Part shown: piece by piece, positions 31,701-38,397 of the stretch | Numbering within the stretch: the first letter of the stretch is position 1 | Layout of the letters: the number at the start of each line of letters is the position of its first letter | Assembly: GCA_041483135.1 (NCBI GenBank) | Contig: JBGPFE010000019.1 | Location: 171-64,170 of the forward strand | Source: Gammaproteobacteria bacterium | GTDB lineage: Bacteria > Pseudomonadota > Gammaproteobacteria > Burkholderiales > SG8-41 | Length of the DNA: 64,000 nucleotides | Direction: 5' to 3' | Made by a program: the position numbers and the translations under genes | Notes under the pieces: model-generated | Told to the model about the DNA's origin: nothing | Database searches by the model: none | Seen by the model: only the letters and a program-made list of their open reading frames with translations

Positions 31701-31771
31701 GCAAGCGCGAGTATCAGCGCGCCGAGGGATTTGTTCGACAAGGCAATGGGGTCAGGCTTGGCTAATTGCAT
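28733..31771 (-). CDS. exported TPR-repeat / CHAT-domain (caspase-like) protease
   Basis: Signal peptide ...ALLVSSPVLA|GEAEW; nine 42-aa TPR_12-like repeats; C-terminal CHAT with FATHGLMAGD and VVLSACNTAA His/Cys dyad. Confidence 0.88.
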   Translation of the reverse strand: MQLAKPDPIALSNKSLGALILALALLVSSPVLAGEAEWQAHMDAATSAQREGDYRASAARFEAALREAELFGASDLRLATTLNNLAGLYETQGRLAEAESLYKRSLAIRETALGPDHPDVVLSLVSLASMYQAQGRYAEAEPLNRHSLAIREKTLGPDDPSIVQSLLSLAGQYQVQGRFAEEEPLLLRALRIMEKTDGPDSWVTGLPLGMLAAMYQAQGRYAEAELLLRRNLASSEKVLGPDNPVVGGALTRLGELYDTQGRFAEAEPLLRRAFVIAEKALGPDNPIMATMLNSLASLYRTQGRFAEAEPLYLKALRIREKAEGPDSPGVAILLHNLAALYQVHGRSVEAEPLYLRALRIEEKTAGPDSPGVGTILSSLAVLYEHQGRFGEAESFYRRSLGIYEKALGPDHPDVAQSLNNLAYLYRSQGKLDEALRLTRRANASLVRRFSVSSSASRRGALAEQRRHSGGFEFHVSLLAIAAERGLQARAETTREGFEIAQLARANDTAEQVAKMAARYAAGSDALAQLARARQDTMARFEQLDSRIVQAAGQRGNETLAAKLRIEQAETTKAISELDTRLEREYPQYGELTNPKPLELAAAQKLLGEDEALVLLLVSADESFLWALRRNDAGFFRLGIKRSELAEIVKKLRSQLDLDVPDPERMLRQPFNVTLAYELYRKILAPAEPLLAGAKHLILVPDGAMQSLPPGVLVMEPPAKPNASLAELTQVPWLAKKYAITVLPAAGSLRALRQFSKAPTSREPFSGFGDPVLEGIGEDARKGNVAALYSRGAVADANEVRKLARLPESAGELRAIAAALKAPAASIRLGPAATERAVKEADLTRYRNLAFATHGLMAGDFKGLAEPALVLTPPEQGSELDDGLLTAGEISQLKLDADWVVLSACNTAAPDGTPGAEGLSGLARAFFYAGARSLLVSHWAVSSDAAVALTTRMFDESSKGAPKAEALRRSMLALMARTDKPHFAHPAFWAPFVVVGEGNAEWTQIEAREGVKK

Positions 31772-31887
31772 AATCCCCTCTGTTCGACTAGCGTAGACGC
31801 ATAGCTCGCGAGTTGCGTCTTCACCTGTCGGCTTTGATGATATCGGCGTTCATCTGCGTTCATCGGCGGTTTCATCGATTTACTTTT

Positions 31888-31947
31888 TTGCTTTTCCTTG
31901 GCGTCCTTCGCGTCCCTTGCGGTGAAGCTTTGAGGGATTAAGGTTTA
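31888..31947. repeat. ~60-bp element TTGCTTTTCCTTGGCGTCCTTCGCGTCCCTTGCGGTGAAGCT...AAGGTTTA (copy a)
   Basis: ~85% identical to 32722-32781 and 32880-32939, same orientation. Confidence 0.8.
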
Positions 31948-31985
31948 CGACAAAACAAGGACGTCAGGCCTGGCTAATTGCATAG

Positions 31986-32396
31986 TCATGCCTTCAACCA
32001 GTTTTGCACTGAGAGCCCGGGTACGCGACGGAACTCGCGCTCGTTGTTGGTCACGAGCGCCGCGCCGATGTGCCTGGCATGCGCCGCGATCAGGAAATCG
32101 TAAGGACCGATGGGTTTCCCGCCTGACAATAAAGCGGCTTTGATCTCTCCAAAATCCCGGGCTGCGCCGGCCGGAAAGTCGTCAACCTGTAGAAATTCGA
32201 GCAGGCCATCCAGGGCCGTCTTGTTTTCCGTCCGAAATTCCCCCCTCTCGATTCCGAATCTCAGCTCCGCGAGCGTGATCGCCGATAACCGGACTTCGCC
32301 GGGCGAGCGGCCGGACATCCGGCGCGCAATCTTCTCGAAACCCGGTTTGCGGTTCGCGAAGTAAACCAGGATGTTGGTGTCCAGCATCCAGATCAT
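31986..32396 (-). CDS. vapC: type II toxin VapC (PIN-domain ribonuclease)
   Basis: MLDTNILVY...LAEL...DFLIAAHA...VTNNEREF acidic PIN residues; ATGA start/stop overlap with vapB. Confidence 0.9.
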   Translation of the reverse strand: MIWMLDTNILVYFANRKPGFEKIARRMSGRSPGEVRLSAITLAELRFGIERGEFRTENKTALDGLLEFLQVDDFPAGAARDFGEIKAALLSGGKPIGPYDFLIAAHARHIGAALVTNNEREFRRVPGLSVQNWLKA

Positions 32397-32614
32397 GACC
32401 ACTTCCGCTTCTGGTCTTTCGGCTGGCGCCGCTCGAACTTGCCCTTGAACCGGCTGACCGCGGCCATGACCCGCTCATAAGTGATCTTCCTGGGGAGCAG
32501 CAACACGCCTCCGCCCGAACGCTTGATCAGCACCTCGTTATCGTCGAACCGGAACTCCTTGGGCAGCCGTACCGCCTGGCTGTTGCCGTGCTTGAACACC
32601 TTGGCTGTCTTCAT
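32393..32614 (-). CDS. vapB: type II antitoxin VapB (AbrB/SpoVT fold)
   Basis: MKTAKVFKHGNSQAVRLPKEFRF; GGAGA Shine-Dalgarno upstream. Confidence 0.88.
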   Translation of the reverse strand: MKTAKVFKHGNSQAVRLPKEFRFDDNEVLIKRSGGGVLLLPRKITYERVMAAVSRFKGKFERRQPKDQKRKWS

Positions 32615-32637
32615 CGGCTTCTCCGAAGAATAGATAC

Positions 32638-32654
32638 GGACAGTATATACGTCC
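32638..32654. promoter_or_regulatory. imperfect palindrome GGACA-GTATATAC-GTCC, candidate vapBC operator / -10 region
   Basis: 24-40 nt upstream of the vapB ATG; contains the perfect 8-bp palindrome GTATATAC. Confidence 0.3.
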
Positions 32655-32721
32655 AGACCGCGGGATTCAACGGGGTTAAATAAACCGGGACAGCGTAACT
32701 TTTCCGCAGCCGAATATTTTC

Positions 32722-32995
32722 TTGCTTTTCCTTCGCGTCCTTCGCGTCTTTTGCGGTGAAGCTATAAGTAGTTAAGGTTTAGATAACTCCACGCGCCTTC
32801 AGCGCTTGTTGGGCCACGTCGTCGTAACCAAGACCGCCAAAGATGACGGGGTCAAGTGTTGAAATATCAGTTTACGCTTTTGCTTTTCCTTGGCGTCCTT
32901 TGCGTCCTTCGCGGTTAAGCTATAAGTAGTTAAGGTTTAGATAACTCCACGCGCCTTCAGCGCCTGTTGAGCCGCGTCGTCGTAACCAAGACCGC
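32722..32995. repeat. 158-bp tandem duplication that includes the last 59 bp of the CoA-transferase gene
   Basis: 32722-32837 repeats at 32880-32995 (period 158); the gene-derived part 32779-32837 vs 32937-32995 is 56/59 identical. Confidence 0.9.
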
Positions 32996-34160
32996 GCAAT
33001 ATCTCCGCAGTATGCGCGCCGAGCTCGGGGCCGAGCCATGCGGTCATACCTGGCGTGTCGGAGAGCCTGGGCACGATGCCCGGCAATTTGAACTGCTTGC
33101 CGTCCGGCAGCACGTGCTGTTCGAGCATGCCGCGCGCGAGGTAATGCGCGTCTTTGACGATATCGGCAGCAGAATAGACTTTTCCCGACGGCACCCCGGC
33201 TTTTTCCAGCACCGCGAGCACATGCTCGAGATCGTGCCCGCGCGTCCAGTCGGCGATCGCGCGGTCGAGCTCTTCGGTGCGCGCCACGCGCCCGGCATTG
33301 GTCGCGAGCTGCGGATCGTTGGCGAGATCGGCACGGCCGATCGCCGTCGTCATGCGCTTGAAGATCGAGTCGTTGTTGGCGCCGACGATCACGAACTTGC
33401 CGTCGCGCGTCGGGTAAGTGTTCGACGGCACGATGCCGGGAAGCGCGTTGCCGGCGCGCTCGCGGATGAAGCCGAGCACGTCGAACTCGGGCACCAGGCT
33501 TTCCATCATGCTGAATACTGCCTCATACAACGCAACGTCGACCATCTGGCCCCGCCCGCCGCTCGTATTGCGATGGTGCAGCGCCATCATCGCGCCGATC
33601 ACGCCGTAGAGCGCGGCGATCGAATCGCCGATCGAGATGCCGAGCCGCACCGGCGGCCGGTCGGGATAGCCGGTCACGTAGCGCATGCCGCCCATCGCTT
33701 CGGCGACCACGCCGAAGCCGGGCCGGTCGCGATAGGGGCCGCTCTGGCCGTAGCCCGACAGCCGCACCATGATGAGCCGCGGATTGATTTTCGAAAGCTG
33801 CTCCCAGCCGAGGTTCCACTTCTCGAGCGCGCCGGGGCGGAAATTCTCGACCACGATGTCGGCCTCAGTGCACAACTTGCGCACGATCTCCTGCCCCTCC
33901 GGTGCGCGCATGTTGACAGTCACCGACTTCTTGTTGCGCGCCTGCACGTACCACCACAAGGACGTACCTTCGTACATCTTGCGCCACTGGCGCAACTGGT
34001 CGCCGCCGTCCGGCGATTCGATCTTGATTACTTCGGCGCCGAATTCGGCCAGAATGCGGCTGCAGAACGGCCCCGCGACCAGCGTGCCGAGCTCGATGAC
34101 CTTGATGCCTTTTAATGGCGGTGATTTGGCGTCGCTCATATAATCCGTGATTCGTTTCAA
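32937..34160 (-). CDS. class III CoA-transferase (CaiB/BaiF family)
   Basis: PPLKGIKVIELGTLVAGPFCSRILAEFGAEVIKIE N-terminus. Confidence 0.92.
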   Translation of the reverse strand: MKRITDYMSDAKSPPLKGIKVIELGTLVAGPFCSRILAEFGAEVIKIESPDGGDQLRQWRKMYEGTSLWWYVQARNKKSVTVNMRAPEGQEIVRKLCTEADIVVENFRPGALEKWNLGWEQLSKINPRLIMVRLSGYGQSGPYRDRPGFGVVAEAMGGMRYVTGYPDRPPVRLGISIGDSIAALYGVIGAMMALHHRNTSGGRGQMVDVALYEAVFSMMESLVPEFDVLGFIRERAGNALPGIVPSNTYPTRDGKFVIVGANNDSIFKRMTTAIGRADLANDPQLATNAGRVARTEELDRAIADWTRGHDLEHVLAVLEKAGVPSGKVYSAADIVKDAHYLARGMLEQHVLPDGKQFKLPGIVPRLSDTPGMTAWLGPELGAHTAEILRGLGYDDAAQQALKARGVI

Positions 34161-34195
34161 ATGGGGATAGTTGCAGCAACAGTACCCATTCTAAT

Positions 34196-34774
34196 ATGGC
34201 GAAAGATTCGTTGTTTTCGATACTTTCACGCGCGCCGTGGTGGGTGAGCGTGGCCGCTGCCGCGGCATTATTTGCATCGGTGCGGGTGTTCCTGCCCGAC
34301 ATTGCGGCGGTGGCCGCGGCTTTGCCGTTTCTCGCGATCGCCGGTTACGCGGGCTGGCGCCAGCTGCGCACCCCGGGCGTCACCAATGTTGCGGAAATCC
34401 TCGGCAGGCTGCGCGCGATGTCGTGGGAAAACTTCTCCGCGGTGATCGGCGAGGCATTCCGCCGCGACGGCTACAGCGTAGCCGAAATCGCGCATGGCGC
34501 GGCAGACTTCGAGTTGCGCAAGAACGGCCGCGTGACGATCGTGGGCTGCAAACGCTGGAAAGTCGCACAGACCGGCGTCGGGCCGCTGCGCGAGCTGTAC
34601 GATGCGAAGCAGGCGCGCGACGCGCAGGAATGCGTTTACGTCGCGGCGGGCGAGTTCACCGCCAACGCGCGCAAGTTTGCGGCCGACAAGGCAATCAGGT
34701 TATTGAGCAACGCCGAACTTGCCGGGCTGGTCGCGCGCGTCGGGCGCGGCAAGCGGCGCTGGTTGCCATGGTAA
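34196..34774 (+). CDS. membrane-anchored Mrr-like restriction endonuclease domain protein
   Basis: Two N-terminal TM segments, then AADFELRKNGRVTIVGCKRW (D...ExK-like Mrr_cat core). Confidence 0.75.
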   Translation: MAKDSLFSILSRAPWWVSVAAAAALFASVRVFLPDIAAVAAALPFLAIAGYAGWRQLRTPGVTNVAEILGRLRAMSWENFSAVIGEAFRRDGYSVAEIAHGAADFELRKNGRVTIVGCKRWKVAQTGVGPLRELYDAKQARDAQECVYVAAGEFTANARKFAADKAIRLLSNAELAGLVARVGRGKRRWLPW

Positions 34775-35029
34775 TGAGTGATTGGGTGATTGAGAAGCGG
34801 TCCCAAAAATAGTGCGAAACCGCCGATGAACGCCGATACACGCCGATAAGATCGAAATTAAGTGAACCGGTAATGAGGAATGGTCAAGGGGGAATGGGTA
34901 ATTTCACTCTTAGCTCAGAATCCATCACATCGGCGTTCATCGGCGTTTATCGGCGGCTAACAAAGGTTTGGGATTTTTGAGATGGGTTCTGAGTAACCCA
35001 ATAACTGAATCACTTAATCACTTAATGAC
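34771..35029. repeat. 259-bp nested palindromic element (outer GTGATTG-type heptamer arms, inner CGCCGATNNN decamer arms)
   Basis: GGTAATGAGTGATTGGGTGATTGAG...CCGCCGATGAACGCCGATACACGCCGATAAG...CATCGGCGTTCATCGGCGTTTATCGGCGG...CTGAATCACTTAATCACTTAATGAC. Confidence 0.8.
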
Positions 35030-35590
35030 TGGTTGTTTGGGGCGGCGCGCGTAGGCCCGGTCGAACGCCGCTTCGAGCCGCGGGTCGGTGCCGCGCACCT
35101 GATCGATAACCTGCTTCGCCCAATCGAAGTACTCCTGCTGCCGTTCGCGGCTCCACGCCTCCGGCGGGCTCGCCGAGATATCGCGCAGGTTGCAGATCTT
35201 GTCGGCAAGCTTCACCAGCTTCGCCTTGTAACTTGCATGCGCGGCGTGTTCGATCTGCAGGCGCTTGCGCTCGGCTCTCGGTAAATTCGTGTCGTCCGTC
35301 ACTTCAAGCACGATGTCGCGGATATCACTGCCGAACTCGCGCGCGAGTTCCCGCGACGTCGTCTCGGTGTCCTCGATCGTATCGTGCAGCAGCGCCGCGC
35401 AAATGATTTCCGGATCGCGGACGCCGCCTTCGTTGACGAGCGCGTTGGCCAGCGCAATCGGGTGATTGATATAAGGCGACGCGTGCACGTCCTTGCGCCG
35501 CTGGTCGCGGTGCTTGCGCGCCGCAAACTCCAGCGCGTGCAGTATCAGTTCGAGATCGGTGCGGCGCTGTTTGCGTTTGGTTTCGGTCAT
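35018..35590 (-). CDS. HD-domain (p)ppGpp hydrolase, small alarmone hydrolase (SpoT/Mesh1-like)
   Basis: ARKHRDQRRKD....PYINHPIALA...ALLHDTIEDT; start trimmed to MTETKRK. Confidence 0.87.
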   Translation of the reverse strand: MTETKRKQRRTDLELILHALEFAARKHRDQRRKDVHASPYINHPIALANALVNEGGVRDPEIICAALLHDTIEDTETTSRELAREFGSDIRDIVLEVTDDTNLPRAERKRLQIEHAAHASYKAKLVKLADKICNLRDISASPPEAWSRERQQEYFDWAKQVIDQVRGTDPRLEAAFDRAYARRPKQPVIK

Positions 35591-35672
35591 GGCGCAGCAT
35601 GCAGCATTGCCGCGCCAACTATACTGCGAATGTCCGCACAAGAGAATCCTGCGGCCGCGCCGGCCAACCCGC

Positions 35673-35876
35673 TCAAACCACGCGCTGACCGGGACGCAGC
35701 AACTCGCGCTCGCGCCGGCGCGCCATCAGCGCGCCCCACGGATCGGTAGGCGACGGCGCGATGACGCGCGGATGCGGCCGCGCCGCCGGCTTGCGATCGG
35801 CCCGGAACGCCTGGATTCCGGCCCACACCGCGATGCCGCCGAACAACAGTGCCAGAAACACAATGATGCCAGTCAT
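35673..35876 (-). CDS. small single-TM protein, hypothetical
   Basis: MTGIIVFLALLFGGIAVWAGIQAF; GAGG 7 nt upstream of the ATG; high GC3 consistent with coding. Confidence 0.4.
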   Translation of the reverse strand: MTGIIVFLALLFGGIAVWAGIQAFRADRKPAARPHPRVIAPSPTDPWGALMARRRERELLRPGQRVV

Positions 35877-36067
35877 GATCAGCCTCGAATTCAAACGCCA
35901 TGCAATATTAGACGCATCCAACGTGCCAGCGTTCATGGGAAGGGACATACGGGCGTGACAGGCCGACCGGCGTGCATTCGGTCACGACGAACGGCGCGCA
36001 TGATCAACAGGTGCGCGGACAGCTGTGACAAAATGCACACGCGTAGCCTACAGAAGCGGCCGGCCGA

Positions 36068-37486
36068 TCAACGAACTATCGGATCGATCGGCAGGCGGCC
36101 GGCTAATCCAAGCAACTGCTCCAGGTACGCACCGTATGAAAAAAGCTTTTCTTCCGAGCGCAGGGGCCCCGCCACCTGCAGGCCGACCGGAAGCCCGTCG
36201 CCGGTGAAACCGCCCGGCAGCGCGAGTATCGGGCACGCCGTAATGGTGAGCGCGCAGGTCAGCGCGAGCCAGCCCATGTAGCCGTCGAGCTTCACGCCGT
36301 CGAGTTCGGACACGTAACGCGTTTCGACCGGGAACGGCGGACACATCACCCCCGGGCAGATCAGCAGATCGTATTGCTCGAAAAATTTCGCCACGCGCCG
36401 GATGATCTCGCCATGCGCGATTTCCGCGGCGACGACTTCGCTCAGTTTCAGGCTCAAGCCGAATTCGGTGTTCCCGATCACCTCGGGCTTGAGCAGATGG
36501 CGGTATTTTTCGAGCAGCGGTCCGATGCGCCCGATGTAGACCGCGCCGCGCAGCACCAGAAAATTCTTCACCGCATCCGACAGGTCCGGATGCGCTTCCT
36601 CGACGCGCACGCCGTCGCCCGCGATTTTCTCTGCGGCCGCCTTGCATACCGCGCGCACCTCGCGGTGCACGACCGGCGCGACGCCGAGATCGACGCTGAA
36701 CGCGACGCGCTTCGGCTTGAGCGGGCGCGCGGCGGCGGCGGCATAGATTCCGGGCTGCGCGGGATGCGACAGCGGGTCGAGCGGGTGCGCGCCGGCCTCG
36801 CACTCGAACATCAGCGCGCAGTCGGCGACGTTGCGCGCCATCGGCCCTTCGACCGACAACGCGGAGAACGGCTGTTTCTGCGCACGCGGCACCATGCCGG
36901 GGCTGGGCCGCAAGCCCACCGTCGAACAAAAGCTCGATGGGGTGCGAATGCTGCCGCCGAAATCGCCGCCGGTCGCGAGCCACACCTGGCCGCTCGCGAG
37001 CGCGGCCGCCGAGCCGCCCGACGAGCCGCTCGGCGTCATGCGCGTGTCCCACGGATTTCTCGTCACGCCGAACACGTCGTTGAACGTGTTGCCGCCCGCG
37101 GCAAACTCGGGCAGGTTCGATTTGCCGATCACGAGCGCGCCGTTGCTCTCGAGCCGCTGCACGATGAGGTCCGACGCGGGCGCAATGCGGTCGGCGTAAA
37201 TGCGCGAGCCGGAAGTGCAGCGCACGCCCTCGACGTCGGTGCCGTCCTTGACCGCGATCGGCAGGCCGTGGAGGTAATGCGCCGGCGGATCGGTCGGCGG
37301 ATTCTGCATGAGTCGTTTGGCATGCTCGCGCGCCCGCTCGACGCACAGCGTCGGCAGCGCGTTAAGTTGAGGGTCGGTCTCCTTGATGCGCTCGACGGCG
37401 GCATCGATCAGTTCGAGCGGTGAGATTTTGCGCTGCTTGAGCATTGCGACCGCTGCGGTGGCGGAAAGCTTGCATAATTCGTTCAT
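36068..37486 (-). CDS. amidase (amidase-signature family)
   Basis: GGSSGGSAAALASG signature; 472 aa. Confidence 0.92.
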   Translation of the reverse strand: MNELCKLSATAAVAMLKQRKISPLELIDAAVERIKETDPQLNALPTLCVERAREHAKRLMQNPPTDPPAHYLHGLPIAVKDGTDVEGVRCTSGSRIYADRIAPASDLIVQRLESNGALVIGKSNLPEFAAGGNTFNDVFGVTRNPWDTRMTPSGSSGGSAAALASGQVWLATGGDFGGSIRTPSSFCSTVGLRPSPGMVPRAQKQPFSALSVEGPMARNVADCALMFECEAGAHPLDPLSHPAQPGIYAAAAARPLKPKRVAFSVDLGVAPVVHREVRAVCKAAAEKIAGDGVRVEEAHPDLSDAVKNFLVLRGAVYIGRIGPLLEKYRHLLKPEVIGNTEFGLSLKLSEVVAAEIAHGEIIRRVAKFFEQYDLLICPGVMCPPFPVETRYVSELDGVKLDGYMGWLALTCALTITACPILALPGGFTGDGLPVGLQVAGPLRSEEKLFSYGAYLEQLLGLAGRLPIDPIVR

Positions 37487-37487
37487 A

Positions 37488-38381
37488 TCATTTGCTCCCG
37501 GGAACGATGCCCGCCGGCAGCGCTTCGACGAACCGGCAGATCTCGCCGGGGCGCGCGAGCCAGATCTGCTCGCGATACTCGAGGATGTGCTCGATCACCC
37601 GCCGGAACTGCCGCAGCCGGTGCGGCTGGCCGAGGATGAAGCTGTGCAGCACCATGCCCATCACCAGCGGGCGGCGCGCCGACTCTTCGCGCATCTCGTC
37701 GAACTGATCGATCAGGTTGTCGCAGAAAAGTTGCTGCGGCGTGCGGCGCGACACGACTTCGAGCGAATCGTTGAGGTCGTGCGCATACGGGATCGACAGG
37801 ATGGGTCCGTGCTTGGTGCGGAACCACACCGGCTGGTCGTCGAGCGGCCAGTCCATCATGTAGCGGTAGCCCGCTTCCCTGAGCAGGTCGAGCGAATCGC
37901 GCGTCTGCGAGATGTACGGCGCGAGCCAGCCCAGCGGCCTTTTGCCTTCGTGTTTTTCGATCTTGGCGGTCGCCTCGAAGATGCACGCGCGCTCCTGCTC
38001 GTGGTTCATGTCGGCCTGGCGCTCGGTGTTGGTGCGGCCGTGGCCGACGATCTCGTCGCCGCGCTGGCTGAACGCCGCAACCATCTCAGGGCAGTAGTCA
38101 TACAGCTCGCTGTTCACGAGCACCGCATACGGCAGAGCGTATTTCTCGGCGAATTCGAGCAGCCGCCATGCGCCGACGCGGTTGCCGTAGTCGCGCCATG
38201 CATAACTGCGCGTATTCGGTGACGGATGCGGCGACGCATAATCGTTGCCGCCCCCCTCGCCGAACGCGAAGTGCTCGACGTTGAGACTCAGATGAACCGC
38301 GAGCCGCTTGCCGCCGGGAAAACTGTAATCGGGGCGTTTCGAAATCGCCGAATAGTCGTAGCGGCCGTGGGTCTTGAGCAT
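37488..38381 (-). CDS. polysaccharide deacetylase family protein (PuuE/allantoinase-like)
   Basis: SLNVEHFAF...YAWRDYGNRVGAWRL...GDEIVGHGRTN pattern; stop 1 nt before the amidase ATG. Confidence 0.8.
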   Translation of the reverse strand: MLKTHGRYDYSAISKRPDYSFPGGKRLAVHLSLNVEHFAFGEGGGNDYASPHPSPNTRSYAWRDYGNRVGAWRLLEFAEKYALPYAVLVNSELYDYCPEMVAAFSQRGDEIVGHGRTNTERQADMNHEQERACIFEATAKIEKHEGKRPLGWLAPYISQTRDSLDLLREAGYRYMMDWPLDDQPVWFRTKHGPILSIPYAHDLNDSLEVVSRRTPQQLFCDNLIDQFDEMREESARRPLVMGMVLHSFILGQPHRLRQFRRVIEHILEYREQIWLARPGEICRFVEALPAGIVPGSK

Positions 38382-38397
38382 GGGATTTCCTCAAAAG

